Notes: generated by a model not told the origin, from the sequence alone. Shown: positions 47,821 through 57,210, numbered from the stretch's first letter. The stretch: 64,000 nucleotides of DNA from Bacteroidales bacterium (GCA_017633255.1 JAGBPS010000017.1:65672-129671), one strand, 5' to 3'. Made by a program: numbers and translations.

Positions 47821-49092
47821 ATGCGAAGATTGTTTTTTTTGATGATGCTGATCTGTTCAGTATCTTATATTTCTGCTCAGAATTTCGAGCAATTTTTCGA
47901 GAACAAAACGGTTCGTATCGAGTATAAACACATCGGTAACAGCCAGACGGAAAAGATTGAGGTGGAAAATTACCGTGTGGGTGGCATTTGGGAAGGCACT
48001 GTTTCCCACTTGGTTGAGCCCAAACGCCTGGGTGGCCTGCAGTTTGAGGTCTTCGACGCCTTGTCGGGACAACTGATATACAGCCGCAGCTACGATTGCC
48101 TGTTCAACGAATACCGTACCACCGAAAGAGGGGAGAAGGAAGTGTGCACTTTCGAGGACTGTGTGCGTTTTCCGCTGCCGAAACAAATGGTGAAATACAA
48201 ATTTACCAGCTACGATCGTCACAACGTTCCCACAGAGCTGTTCCAGGGTGTTTTCGATCCCCAGAGCACTGCTTTCGAGCCGATGAAAAAAGAATATAAG
48301 GTGAAAAATTTACATATTGGGGCGAAAGTGAATGATGCGCTCGATATTCTTTTCATCCCTGATGGGTATGCCAAAAGTGATAAAAAGAAAATGCAAGAGG
48401 ATTTCAAGAAATTCACGTCTTATATCATGAATTGCTCGCCTTATAAAGAGATGGCTGATCATGTGAATATCAGAGCGATAGAAGCTTATTCCAAGGAATC
48501 GGGCATCACTAATCCGAATCAGAATGTATATAAGAATACATTGTTGAATTGCAGTTACAATGTGATTGATTTGGACCGCTACCTGATGTGTCTGCAAGTG
48601 TGGAAAATGCATGCTGTTGCTGATGACGCTCCGTATGATTTTATCGTATTAATCTGTAACAGTGATAAATACGGTGGTGGCGGTATTTACAATTTCTATT
48701 GCACAGTCAATAATGTGGGCGCTTATTCCGACTATGTGATTGTCCATGAGATGGGACATCTAATCGGCGGCTTGGCCGATGAGTATTACACCTCCGAGGT
48801 GAGTGTCCGTGACTTTTATCCCGAAGGAATTGAGCCGGTGGAGCCGAACTTGACCACGCTGGTGGATTTTGACTCAAAATGGAAGAATATGTTGGATGCG
48901 GATACTCCAATCCCGACTCCGGCAACCAAGGATAATAAGGATAAGCTGGGCGTTTATGAGGGCGGCGGCTATGTGGCCGAAGGTGTTTACCGCCCGATGA
49001 TGGATTGCACCATGCATAAAATCATGTACAATCGTTTCTGCCCGGTCTGTCTGAAAGCCCTGCAAGAGGCCATCATGTTTTATTCGAAATAA
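47821..49092 (+). CDS. M64 family (IgA-peptidase-like) metallopeptidase
   Basis: It has a signal peptide and the motif HEMGHLIGGLADEY. Confidence 0.75.
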   Translation: MRRLFFLMMLICSVSYISAQNFEQFFENKTVRIEYKHIGNSQTEKIEVENYRVGGIWEGTVSHLVEPKRLGGLQFEVFDALSGQLIYSRSYDCLFNEYRTTERGEKEVCTFEDCVRFPLPKQMVKYKFTSYDRHNVPTELFQGVFDPQSTAFEPMKKEYKVKNLHIGAKVNDALDILFIPDGYAKSDKKKMQEDFKKFTSYIMNCSPYKEMADHVNIRAIEAYSKESGITNPNQNVYKNTLLNCSYNVIDLDRYLMCLQVWKMHAVADDAPYDFIVLICNSDKYGGGGIYNFYCTVNNVGAYSDYVIVHEMGHLIGGLADEYYTSEVSVRDFYPEGIEPVEPNLTTLVDFDSKWKNMLDADTPIPTPATKDNKDKLGVYEGGGYVAEGVYRPMMDCTMHKIMYNRFCPVCLKALQEAIMFYSK

Positions 49093-49127
49093 AATCAAGT
49101 TATTGATTATCAATAAATAATACCATT

Positions 49128-49448
49128 ATGATTTTAACTACAACCCCTACTATAGAGGGAAAACAGATTGTGAATTACCATGGCGTCGTGTTCGGCGAAG
49201 TCATCACAGGTATCAACTTTGTGAAGGATTTCTTTGCCGGAGTCCGCAACTTTGTGGGCGGTCGCTCGGAATCTTACGAGGGTGAGATGATGAAAGCCCG
49301 CGAGACGGCCATGCAGGAATTGGCCCAACGTGCAGCCGATAAAGGTGCCAACGCAGTGGTTGGTATTGACCTTGATTATGAAGTGCTGGGAGAGAATAAT
49401 GGGATGTTGATGGTCATTGCTTCAGGCACCGCAGTTACTGTGGCGTAA
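49128..49448 (+). CDS. YbjQ/UPF0145 family protein
   Basis: The protein is 106 aa long. [10 protein letters not shown]...GGRSESYE...ASGTAV is typical of UPF0145. Confidence 0.75.
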   Translation: MILTTTPTIEGKQIVNYHGVVFGEVITGINFVKDFFAGVRNFVGGRSESYEGEMMKARETAMQELAQRAADKGANAVVGIDLDYEVLGENNGMLMVIASGTAVTVA

Positions 49449-49461
49449 AATTTGTAAGCAT

Positions 49462-50673
49462 TCAGCACATTTGCTCAAACGTTTCAGTGAACAGCTCTAG
49501 TTGCTTTGAACCATGGGGCATGAAATTGCTATGCCATAAGGCAATCATTTCTCCGCCAACGGTTTTGACCTCCTGGATAAGTTGTGAAATCCCCTTTTGA
49601 TATTTTTCTTCCATTCCTAATTCTTGCACTGCTGCGGAGTCCATTATCAGCAAGGGATGAAGCATCAGCTTGGTTGATTTGTTGTTCGCCACATCGAAAA
49701 ACGGAAAGGGAATTGCCATGCCGTTGCGGAAACCAATGCGGTCATAAAAGCCTAAGGAATAGTCGTCGGTAATGCCTGCGGCGATGAGGTTGCGGAAGGT
49801 GTCAGGGAATTTAACTTTCAGGAAATGCTGCCGCGAGGATTGGATATTTACCTGCCCTTTTTCTTCCAAGGTCTTTTTTTCTTTGATGATATCATTCTGA
49901 TTTTTAGAATGATACGATGGATGAAGACCGATGGTAGAATAAGTCTTCAGTTTTTGGACCAGCTCAGAGAAATAGAGTGAAAGAGGAGAAATGTTGCGGT
50001 CGTATTGGGTTCTGTCGGAAGTGAGAAAGAAATAAATGGCTTGGAGCTGATGCTGTTTACAAAGCTGCTTTTCAATATCATGGACATCGTAGGGATCTTG
50101 AAAATCCTGCTGAGATTGTGCCTTGATGATTTGTTGGGCCCTGCCCCATTGAAAGGTGAGTATGGCTTTGCCCAGTGCTCCGCAGAAATGGAAAAAGGTT
50201 TTGCCTTTGAAGGCATATGCTATGTCTATATCGAAAGTGGGAAGAAAGCGATAAGTGGCTTCTGCCCATTTGAAGACCGGTTGTTGCGTGGAGAGTATGT
50301 TTTTGTAATGCAAGGCAATACGTTGCACGGTGGCTTGTTTGTGCAACTGGTGTCTCACCACAAATGACTGCTCATGCACAATCCGGCCATGCTGGTCTCT
50401 CGGGCAGTCGGGCAGGTATTCTTCATAGTTGGTGAGCAGATAAAAAGCCAGTGCGGGCTTGTCCTGCAACAGTAATTCCTCGTCTTGTTGGCGAATATCG
50501 TTTTCAAACAGGATGTTGTTCTTGGGCAGGTAGCGTAACTTGAAATCCTTGTGCGCCTTGTATTTCTCCTCATCATTGATAATGCTGTATTCCAGTCCTA
50601 AAACACGCTTGAAAATGACATGGCAGACATAGTCAAGACGGGGGGAGTTTTGTGGGGACAGAATCAGCAGCAT
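49462..50673 (-). CDS. Conserved hypothetical protein (possibly polysaccharide-deacetylase-like)
   Basis: The ORF is 403 aa, tightly packed downstream of miaB. Only a vague deacetylase-like resemblance was seen. Confidence 0.4.
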   Translation of the reverse strand: MLLILSPQNSPRLDYVCHVIFKRVLGLEYSIINDEEKYKAHKDFKLRYLPKNNILFENDIRQQDEELLLQDKPALAFYLLTNYEEYLPDCPRDQHGRIVHEQSFVVRHQLHKQATVQRIALHYKNILSTQQPVFKWAEATYRFLPTFDIDIAYAFKGKTFFHFCGALGKAILTFQWGRAQQIIKAQSQQDFQDPYDVHDIEKQLCKQHQLQAIYFFLTSDRTQYDRNISPLSLYFSELVQKLKTYSTIGLHPSYHSKNQNDIIKEKKTLEEKGQVNIQSSRQHFLKVKFPDTFRNLIAAGITDDYSLGFYDRIGFRNGMAIPFPFFDVANNKSTKLMLHPLLIMDSAAVQELGMEEKYQKGISQLIQEVKTVGGEMIALWHSNFMPHGSKQLELFTETFEQMC

Positions 50674-50677
50674 GGTA

Positions 50678-52000
50678 TTACGATTTGACGATGATGCCTT
50701 TCAGTGTGGCGGGGGAGCATGATTGCACCAGCACATTCACATAGTCACCAATGTGGCAATCTTCTTTCGGGAAGATGATAACCTTGTTCTGGCTGTTGCG
50801 TCCAAAATATTCGTTATTGGAGCGTTTGGAAGCGCCTTCTACCAACACTTCAAAGGTTTTGCCGATGTCTTTCTGGTTGCTTTCCAGCGACAGTTCCTGT
50901 TGCAGGGCGATGATTTCCTCCAGACGACGGCCTTTCACTTCGTCGGGAATATCATCAGGGAAGCGTTTGGCAGCCATGGTGCCCTCACGTTCCGAGTACT
51001 TGAACATGTAAGCGGAACTGTAACCTACCTCGCGCATAAGCGACAGAGTTGCCTGATGGTCTTCTTCGGTCTCACCGCAGAAACCGGCGATGATGTCAGT
51101 AGCGATGGAGCATTCGGGCATGATACGCCTGATGGTGGCGATGCGTTCCAGGTAGTATTCGCGGGTATAGACACGATTCATGCGTTTGAGCATGGTGTTG
51201 CTGCCGGCCTGCACAGGCAGATGGATGTATTTGCAGCAGTTGTCGTATTTGGCGATGGTCTCAATCAGCTCGTCAGAGATGTCCTTGGGATGTGAGGTGG
51301 CAAAACGCACCCTTACTTGTGGTGATAGCAGAGCCACCTTCTCCATCAGTTTGGCGAAATTGACTATTTCTCCATCTTCTTCTGAATGGTAGGAATTGAC
51401 ATTCTGTCCCAAAAGGGTTATTTCTTTATATCCTTGATTGATAAGTTGCTGAGCTTCGTTAATGATGGTTTTGGAGTTACGGCTGCGCTCACGTCCACGG
51501 GTATAGGGTACCACGCAGTAGGTGCAGAAATTGTTGCAGCCTCGCATGATGGAGATGAAAGCCGAAATACCGTTGGTATCGTAGCGAATTGGATCAATGT
51601 CGTCGTAGGTTTCCTCGGTAGAGAGCATCACGTTGAAGGCAGTCTTGCCAAATGTAGCCTCTTGGATTAAGGTGGGCAGACTGCGGTAGGCGTCGGGACC
51701 GGCAATGAAGTCCAGGGCGCTCTCCTCGTGCAGCAGTTTTTCTTTGACACGTTCGGCCATGCAGCCTAACAGTCCGATTTGCAGACCGGGCTTTTTCTTT
51801 TTCAGGAAGCCTAGCTCGTTAAGGCGTTTGCGGATACGCTGTTCGGCATGGTCGCGCACCGAGCAGGTGTTAATCAGTATCAGGTCGGCTTCTTTGATGT
51901 CGTCGCAAATCTGGTATTCGGAAGACAATATTGCTGCAACAACTTCACTGTCAGCAACATTCATCTGGCATCCGTAGGTTTCGATAAATAGCTTTTTCAT
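50678..52000 (-). CDS. miaB: tRNA (N6-isopentenyladenosine-37-C2)-methylthiotransferase
   Basis: The protein carries ETYGCQMNVADSE, the radical SAM motif CNNFCTYCVVP and a TRAM-like C-terminus. Confidence 0.9.
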   Translation of the reverse strand: MKKLFIETYGCQMNVADSEVVAAILSSEYQICDDIKEADLILINTCSVRDHAEQRIRKRLNELGFLKKKKPGLQIGLLGCMAERVKEKLLHEESALDFIAGPDAYRSLPTLIQEATFGKTAFNVMLSTEETYDDIDPIRYDTNGISAFISIMRGCNNFCTYCVVPYTRGRERSRNSKTIINEAQQLINQGYKEITLLGQNVNSYHSEEDGEIVNFAKLMEKVALLSPQVRVRFATSHPKDISDELIETIAKYDNCCKYIHLPVQAGSNTMLKRMNRVYTREYYLERIATIRRIMPECSIATDIIAGFCGETEEDHQATLSLMREVGYSSAYMFKYSEREGTMAAKRFPDDIPDEVKGRRLEEIIALQQELSLESNQKDIGKTFEVLVEGASKRSNNEYFGRNSQNKVIIFPKEDCHIGDYVNVLVQSCSPATLKGIIVKS

Positions 52001-52005
52001 GCCTG

Positions 52006-52013
52006 CAAAGGTA
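52006..52013 (-). promoter_or_regulatory. -7 box TACCTTTG (minus strand)
   Basis: CAAAGGTA lies 5 nt from the miaB ATG, so the mRNA may be leaderless. Confidence 0.45.
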
Positions 52014-52048
52014 CGGAATTTTTTTGAATGTGCTAATTAACAATGTGC

Positions 52049-52110
52049 TAATGTGCCAATGGATTTAGAAGTAGGGCTGTCACATTGTGGCAGCCAGTAA
52101 TGTGCCAATG
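52049..52110. repeat. 25-mer hairpin GTAGGGCTGTCACATTGTGGCAGCC bracketed by 13-nt direct repeats TAATGTGCCAATG
   Basis: The hairpin at 52071-52095 is identical to 35563-35587. The direct repeats lie at 52049-52061 and 52098-52110. Further AATGTGCTAAT words lie at 52027-52052. Confidence 0.9.
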
Positions 52111-52181
52111 ATTATGGAGGCAACTGTGTCTCGCAGTTGCAACCGTACCGTAACCAACCACAATACTTGAGCTTCTTCGCA

Positions 52182-52790
52182 TTAGAACTCCTTCCTATTA
52201 TTGGGCTTTCCCAGGGTGAATATCCCGTCGCTGAGGGGTGAGAGCACATATAAACCACTGCGTAACGCGTATTTGTCGGAGCCGTTGGCAAAGCGCATAG
52301 CGGCAATAGCCAGATAAATCGTCTTCCCTTCGAACTCGTGGAATATTTCCTTGAAACGCTTCATCTGTTTGAGAAAGTAATCCACGTCCTTTTTGAAGCA
52401 GGTGGTTTTCACCTCCACGGCCACAGCCACTGTTTTGTTACACAATAGCACATCTACCTCAATTTCTTCCTCTTCTTTCCTTCCATGACGGGGACCTTCA
52501 TAGATATGATCTATGCCGATGCCTTCCTTCTTGAATATTTCCAATGCCGCAGGCTTGCAGAGGTCCTCTATCATCTTGCCGAATTCATTTGTGAAACCTC
52601 CGTAATTCTTGTTGATTTCCTGTATCTGCTTTTCCGTTTTTTCGTATGTCTCTTTCAGATATCTCCCTGTTTCTTCATGCATTTCTTTTATCCTGCGATC
52701 GGTTTCCTTCATCTGTTCTGAAGTGGCAAGAATCATGGCATACAGTTCAGACCATGAGGGTGTTAGTGGTTGTAATGTGCTATCGTTCAT
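52182..52790 (-). CDS. Coiled-coil protein with C-terminal PD-(D/E)XK-like nuclease motif (DUF3782-like)
   Basis: The N-terminal half is charged and heptad-like. The C-terminal half has EVDVLL...VAVEVK (D...ExK). The family assignment is from recall only. Confidence 0.5.
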   Translation of the reverse strand: MNDSTLQPLTPSWSELYAMILATSEQMKETDRRIKEMHEETGRYLKETYEKTEKQIQEINKNYGGFTNEFGKMIEDLCKPAALEIFKKEGIGIDHIYEGPRHGRKEEEEIEVDVLLCNKTVAVAVEVKTTCFKKDVDYFLKQMKRFKEIFHEFEGKTIYLAIAAMRFANGSDKYALRSGLYVLSPLSDGIFTLGKPNNRKEF

Positions 52791-52862
52791 AATTTTATTG
52801 ATATAGAGTTATGTTTATAAAGACGGTATCCTTGCCTTCTGCTTCTGATTTATTTCATGCTG

Positions 52863-52870
52863 CAAAGATA
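52863..52870 (-). promoter_or_regulatory. -7 box TATCTTTG (minus strand)
   Basis: CAAAGATA on plus strand, upstream of ATG 52790. Confidence 0.5.
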
Positions 52871-53074
52871 ATAAAATTTCTATTATAAAACTAATTTGTT
52901 GAAAAAAATTGATAAAAACATTGTCAACTTTGTTTTTTGCGAGATTGGATTGAATATACGGCCAGTGTACAGGTTGTTATCGAAAAAGACGGCTCCGTCG
53001 ATTTAGTTTGACATCAATTTCTACTTTTGTTTTTTTGTATGTCACAACAATTTTTTTCGTGTCATTTTTTTGAC

Positions 53075-53082
53075 TATTTTTG
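53075..53082 (+). promoter_or_regulatory. -7 box TATTTTTG
   Basis: Lies upstream of the ispD ATG at 53153. Confidence 0.5.
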
Positions 53083-53152
53083 CGTTGTAAATCAAAAGTC
53101 AGCAAACAGAAATTCTTGTGTTTGTGGGAAAAGGTGACATAAGATTGATAAT

Positions 53153-53845
53153 ATGAACATTGCGGTGATTTTGGCGGCGGGAAGCGGCACGCGGATGGGC
53201 TTGGAAACCCCGAAGCAGTTTGTGGAGGTCAATGGAAAATTGGTCATTGAGTATTCTTTGGCCACTTTTCAGGCTCATCCCGATATAGATGAAATCGCCG
53301 TGGTGACCTCCGAGGCGTATTTGCCGCTGATGAATGAGTTGAGAGACAGCGGCTTGTACTCCAAGTGGAAAAAAGTGTTGCAGGGAGGAGCTGAACGCTA
53401 CCAATCCTCATTGGCCGCTATTCAGGCTTACGAGGATAATCCAGATGATATCCTGCTGATTCATGATGCGGCCCGGCCCTTGATTTCCGCAGTGGTGATC
53501 TCCAAAGTACTGGAGACCATGAAACAGAGCAATGCGGCGGTAGTGGCCATCCCAGCCAGCGATACGGTGCTGCAGTCATTCGACAATCAGCATATTGCGG
53601 ATATTCCTTCACGTAAAAACTTGTATTATGCCCAAACTCCTCAGGCTTTCAGACTTGGCACATTGAAGCGTGCTTTTGTTTTGGGAATGAACGATGCGGC
53701 TTTCAGCCCCACCGATGACAGCGGGGTGGTGCTTCGTTATTTACCAGAAGAGCCGATAGAGATAGTGGAGGGTGAGTCCAAGAATAGAAAAATCACTTAT
53801 AAAGACGATTTGCTTTGGTTGGCTTCACAAATTCAAAATAGTTGA
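53153..53845 (+). CDS. ispD: 2-C-methyl-D-erythritol 4-phosphate cytidylyltransferase
   Basis: The N-terminus is AAGSGTRMG, followed by IHDAARP. The protein is 230 aa long. Confidence 0.85.
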   Translation: MNIAVILAAGSGTRMGLETPKQFVEVNGKLVIEYSLATFQAHPDIDEIAVVTSEAYLPLMNELRDSGLYSKWKKVLQGGAERYQSSLAAIQAYEDNPDDILLIHDAARPLISAVVISKVLETMKQSNAAVVAIPASDTVLQSFDNQHIADIPSRKNLYYAQTPQAFRLGTLKRAFVLGMNDAAFSPTDDSGVVLRYLPEEPIEIVEGESKNRKITYKDDLLWLASQIQNS

Positions 53846-53847
53846 GC

Positions 53848-54921
53848 ATGAAAAAGATAGTGTCGATTGTGGGGGCGCGTCCCCAGTTTGTGAAGGCGGC
53901 GGTGGTGAGCAGGCAGTGGGCCTCGATGCCTGATGTGCAAGAGGTGCTGGTACACACAGGACAGCATTTCGACGATAATATGTCGGAGCTGTTCTTTCGG
54001 GAGATGTCCATTCCTCAACCCAAATACAATTTAGGGGTCAACAATCTGGAGAATGCCGATATGACGGCCTTGATGATGGAGCGTCTGGATCCAGTACTTC
54101 AGCAAGAAAAACCTGATTTTGTGGTGGTTTTCGGGGATACCAATTCTACCTTGGCAGGGGCTAAGGCAGCCAAGAACTTGTGCATAAAATTGGCACATGT
54201 TGAATCGGGTTTGCGTTCTTTCAATATGGAAATGCCCGAGGAGCACAACCGCATGGAGACCGACCGCCTGAGTGATGTGCTTTTCTGTCCGACCCAAACC
54301 GCGGTGGAGAATCTTCAGAAAGAAAATATTGATAATCAAATAAATAAGATAGTGTTATCGGGCGATGTGATGTATGACGCAGCTTTGTTTTATGCGGCAT
54401 CAGCACGGAAACCACAGTTTGATGTAGCTGGGGATTTTCTGTTGGCCAGTGTGCATCGGGCCGAAAACACCAATCACCCGGAAGCGTTGCTTTCAATCTT
54501 CGCGGCGCTGGAAATCTTGGCCCAAGAAAGGCAGCTGGTGTTGCCCTTGCATCCCCGTACCCGGGCGAAGTTGGCAGAGTTGAATTATGATTTCGATCAT
54601 TCCAACATCACATTTATTGCACCGGTAGGCTATTTCGAAATGCTGTACCTGTTGCAGCATTGCCGCTTGGTGCTGACCGATAGTGGTGGTTTGCAGAAAG
54701 AGGCGTATTTCTTCGGCAAGCAGTGTGTCACTTTGCGCAACGAAACCGAATGGGTGGAGTTGGTACAGCAGGGAGTAAATGTTCTGGCTGGCACAGCAAA
54801 AGAGAAAATCATCCATTGTGTCCAACAAAGTTTGTCACAACAGATGATTTTCCCGTCCTCTTTATACGGCGACGGCCACGCCGCCGAAAAGATTACTCGT
54901 ACATTGGTAGCAATGATATAG
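53848..54921 (+). CDS. wecB: UDP-N-acetylglucosamine 2-epimerase (non-hydrolysing)
   Basis: ATG 53848. The motifs VGARPQFVKAA, HVESGLRS and DSGGLQKEA are present. Confidence 0.85.
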   Translation: MKKIVSIVGARPQFVKAAVVSRQWASMPDVQEVLVHTGQHFDDNMSELFFREMSIPQPKYNLGVNNLENADMTALMMERLDPVLQQEKPDFVVVFGDTNSTLAGAKAAKNLCIKLAHVESGLRSFNMEMPEEHNRMETDRLSDVLFCPTQTAVENLQKENIDNQINKIVLSGDVMYDAALFYAASARKPQFDVAGDFLLASVHRAENTNHPEALLSIFAALEILAQERQLVLPLHPRTRAKLAELNYDFDHSNITFIAPVGYFEMLYLLQHCRLVLTDSGGLQKEAYFFGKQCVTLRNETEWVELVQQGVNVLAGTAKEKIIHCVQQSLSQQMIFPSSLYGDGHAAEKITRTLVAMI

Positions 54922-54925
54922 GGCT

Positions 54926-56527
54926 TTATTGCAGCTTGAAACTGATAGGGATGGCGAAACTAACTCGTACTTTTTTGCCGTTTTGCATGCCGGGTTTCCA
55001 TTTGGGCATGGCTTTGATTACTCTCAAAGCTTCTTCGTCGCAGCCGCCACCAATGCCTTTCACGACTTTAACATCGGAGACACTTCCGCTCTTTTCCACA
55101 ATAAATGAGACCAACACTCTGCCTTGGATATTCTTTTCCTTGGCCGTTTCTGGATATTTGAGGTTTTCGGAAAGATACTTCTGCATTGCTTCCATTCCGC
55201 CAGGGTATTCAGGCATCACTTCGGGTTTGTTGTAAACGCTGTCCTTTTCTTCTGCGGGAAAAGTTATTTTGACTTTGAGGTCGTTGGAACTGATTTTTGT
55301 TTCATTGTCCTCACCCGTAGAAATAGTGAAAGGCTCAACGCTGTAAGAAATGCCGTTACCATTACTCTCCTCTTCTTTCATTTGGATTTGATCATTGAGA
55401 GTGCCATCCGCATTGTAGTTGGTAATGGTGATTTGTTTATGCGACTCGTTTGTGACAGGGTCGATAACCTCTGTAGTCTCGAATTTAAGGTAAGAACCGT
55501 CTTCGTTATAAATGACAGTATTTTCGAATTGCGGAACACCGTAGTCATCAAAGAGTTGGACAGGGTCCATTCCCTTTGTGGAAGAATTTTCAGCGGTTGT
55601 TTGTCCCTGTGCCGTCACTTTGGGGCTGGCGACCAACAACGCCGCTAATACAGGCATGATGACCAGTAGCCTCCACCAGAGACGTCTGGTCTTTTCGTTA
55701 CTTGTAATCATCTTGATTCTTTTTTTGGTGAATAATAAATTGAAATTGTTGCTCATGTCGCTGAAATTGACGGCCGTGCACTGCTGCAAAATCAGATACA
55801 TGTATTTTCCTTTGTCAGCGCCTCCGTGAAGAACCTCATGGTCGGCGGCATATTCATGAATCAGTTGTAAGTCCTTTTTATACAGATAGATAAAAGGATT
55901 GAACCATTGCAGAATCATCATCAATTCAGTAAAAAGAATATCGATGGAATGATGCTGGTTGATATGGCTCAACTCATGTCGGAGGATATCAGGAGATATG
56001 TTTTTATCGGGAAAATAGGCATAGTGCAGGAAAGAAAAGGCATCGTTGTCGCAATGTGTGTAAACTAGGGTATAACCGTCCCTTTTTTCTTTGGGAGAGC
56101 GAAGGGTTAAAATGGTTATCTTCAATATTTTAGTAAAGAAAATCAGAAAACTTACGATTACTCCCGCAAGATATAAAATGCCAAATATTTGCCACAGACT
56201 GAGGCTTGAGTTTGCGGGACCAGCGATGTTGCTTGCCGCTGCTTGCCCTTCCGGGGATATGCCGTTGGGGGTGATGGTGATTTCGTTCAGCATGAAGATA
56301 TTGGAAAACCATTGCTCTTGGGTACTTTCGGCAAGGGCGGGACTATGGCTGAACAGGTTGCCCAAGAGGGGCAGCGCAAGGGCGAACAGCATGGCCGTCA
56401 GCAGGAAAAAGCGGTTGAACTGAAAACTCTTGCTATTGACGAACAACAGTCGATAGCACAGCCATAGTACCATCAGGGCAATGGAGCATGGCAAGAGGTA
56501 AACTAAAATAAAGACTTGTGCGTTCAT
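54926..56527 (-). CDS. M56 (BlaR1-like) sensor peptidase fused to a TonB C-terminal domain
   Basis: It has TM segments, the HELSHINQHH Zn motif and a C-terminal PEYPGG...VSFAIPISFKLQ TonB_C-like domain. Its start overlaps the blaI-like stop (ATGA). Confidence 0.75.
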   Translation of the reverse strand: MNAQVFILVYLLPCSIALMVLWLCYRLLFVNSKSFQFNRFFLLTAMLFALALPLLGNLFSHSPALAESTQEQWFSNIFMLNEITITPNGISPEGQAAASNIAGPANSSLSLWQIFGILYLAGVIVSFLIFFTKILKITILTLRSPKEKRDGYTLVYTHCDNDAFSFLHYAYFPDKNISPDILRHELSHINQHHSIDILFTELMMILQWFNPFIYLYKKDLQLIHEYAADHEVLHGGADKGKYMYLILQQCTAVNFSDMSNNFNLLFTKKRIKMITSNEKTRRLWWRLLVIMPVLAALLVASPKVTAQGQTTAENSSTKGMDPVQLFDDYGVPQFENTVIYNEDGSYLKFETTEVIDPVTNESHKQITITNYNADGTLNDQIQMKEEESNGNGISYSVEPFTISTGEDNETKISSNDLKVKITFPAEEKDSVYNKPEVMPEYPGGMEAMQKYLSENLKYPETAKEKNIQGRVLVSFIVEKSGSVSDVKVVKGIGGGCDEEALRVIKAMPKWKPGMQNGKKVRVSFAIPISFKLQ

Positions 56528-56907
56528 GCTGTTTTGTTTTTTTCGTTATGAATAGCTTCGTCAACAATTTTTTTCAGAGCTTCGAGTTCTTCCAACTTGA
56601 AGTTCTCTTTTTTGGCGAAGGCTGATACCAGGTCGAGGTAGGAGTTGTTGAAGTACCGCTCTACCACGCTGCCCAAGAAATGCTTGGAGTATTCCTCTTT
56701 GCTGATAACGGCTTGGTAACGGTGGAAACGGCAGAAGGTTTCGTGTTTCACAAACCCCTTAGCTTCCAGGATTTTGATGGTGGTCAGTACGGTGTTATAG
56801 GCGGGTTTCGGTTCAGGATAGGCTGCCATAATCTCGTTGGCAAAACCCTGTCCGATTTTCCAGATCACTTGCATCACTTGCTCTTCCGCTTTGGTCAGTT
56901 CTTTCAT
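56524..56907 (-). CDS. BlaI/MecI/CopY family transcriptional repressor
   Basis: ATG 56907 (MKELTKAEEQVMQVIW). The protein is wHTH-like. The longer ORF reaching 56994 would read through hairpins and repeats. Confidence 0.75.
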   Translation of the reverse strand: MKELTKAEEQVMQVIWKIGQGFANEIMAAYPEPKPAYNTVLTTIKILEAKGFVKHETFCRFHRYQAVISKEEYSKHFLGSVVERYFNNSYLDLVSAFAKKENFKLEELEALKKIVDEAIHNEKNKTA

Positions 56908-56934
56908 ACTAAGGTATTTTGATGTTTTTATATC

Positions 56935-56980
56935 CCCCAGACTGACGTCTGGGGTTATTAAAATTTCGCCTCTTCGAGGC
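56935..56980. other. Two hairpins in the blaI-like leader
   Basis: CCCCAGAC-TGAC-GTCTGGGG lies at 56935-56954 and GCCTC-TTC-GAGGC at 56968-56980. Confidence 0.7.
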
Positions 56981-56985
56981 TCCCC

Positions 56986-57097
56986 AACATTCACTCAATA
57001 ACATTCACTCAAAAACATTTACTCCCCAACATTCACTCATCAACATTTACTCCCCAACATTTACTCCCTAACATTCACTTAAAAACATTCACTCAAA
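56986..57097. repeat. Tandem array, 14-bp unit AACATT(C/T)ACTC(A/C)NN x8
   Basis: Eight contiguous units run from 56986 to 57097, between the -7 box and the blaI-like start codon. Confidence 0.9.
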
Positions 57098-57107
57098 AAC
57101 AACGCTG

Positions 57108-57115
57108 CAAAGATA
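57108..57115 (-). promoter_or_regulatory. -7 box TATCTTTG (minus strand)
   Basis: CAAAGATA on plus strand. It implies a leader of about 190-200 nt for the blaI-like gene. Confidence 0.5.
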
Positions 57116-57122
57116 CAAAAAG

Positions 57123-57144
57123 TTTTTAGTTTATCAACTAAAAA
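57123..57144. promoter_or_regulatory. Perfect 9-bp inverted repeat TTTTTAGTT-TATC-AACTAAAAA (candidate operator)
   Basis: It lies where a -33 element of the minus-strand promoter would be. A third TTAGTTT half-site lies at 57146-57152. Confidence 0.45.
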
Positions 57145-57210
57145 ATTAGTTTAATAACGATTTTTTTTGTGAAATTTATTGGAATGATTATCTATCTCAT
57201 TAATTTTTAT

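Noticed and set aside
56908-56994. N-terminal extension of the BlaI-like ORF (start at 56994)
   Set aside because: The extension translates two strong hairpins and the edge of the 14-bp array. The internal ATG 56907 gives the typical BlaI N-terminus (MKELTKAEEQVM...).
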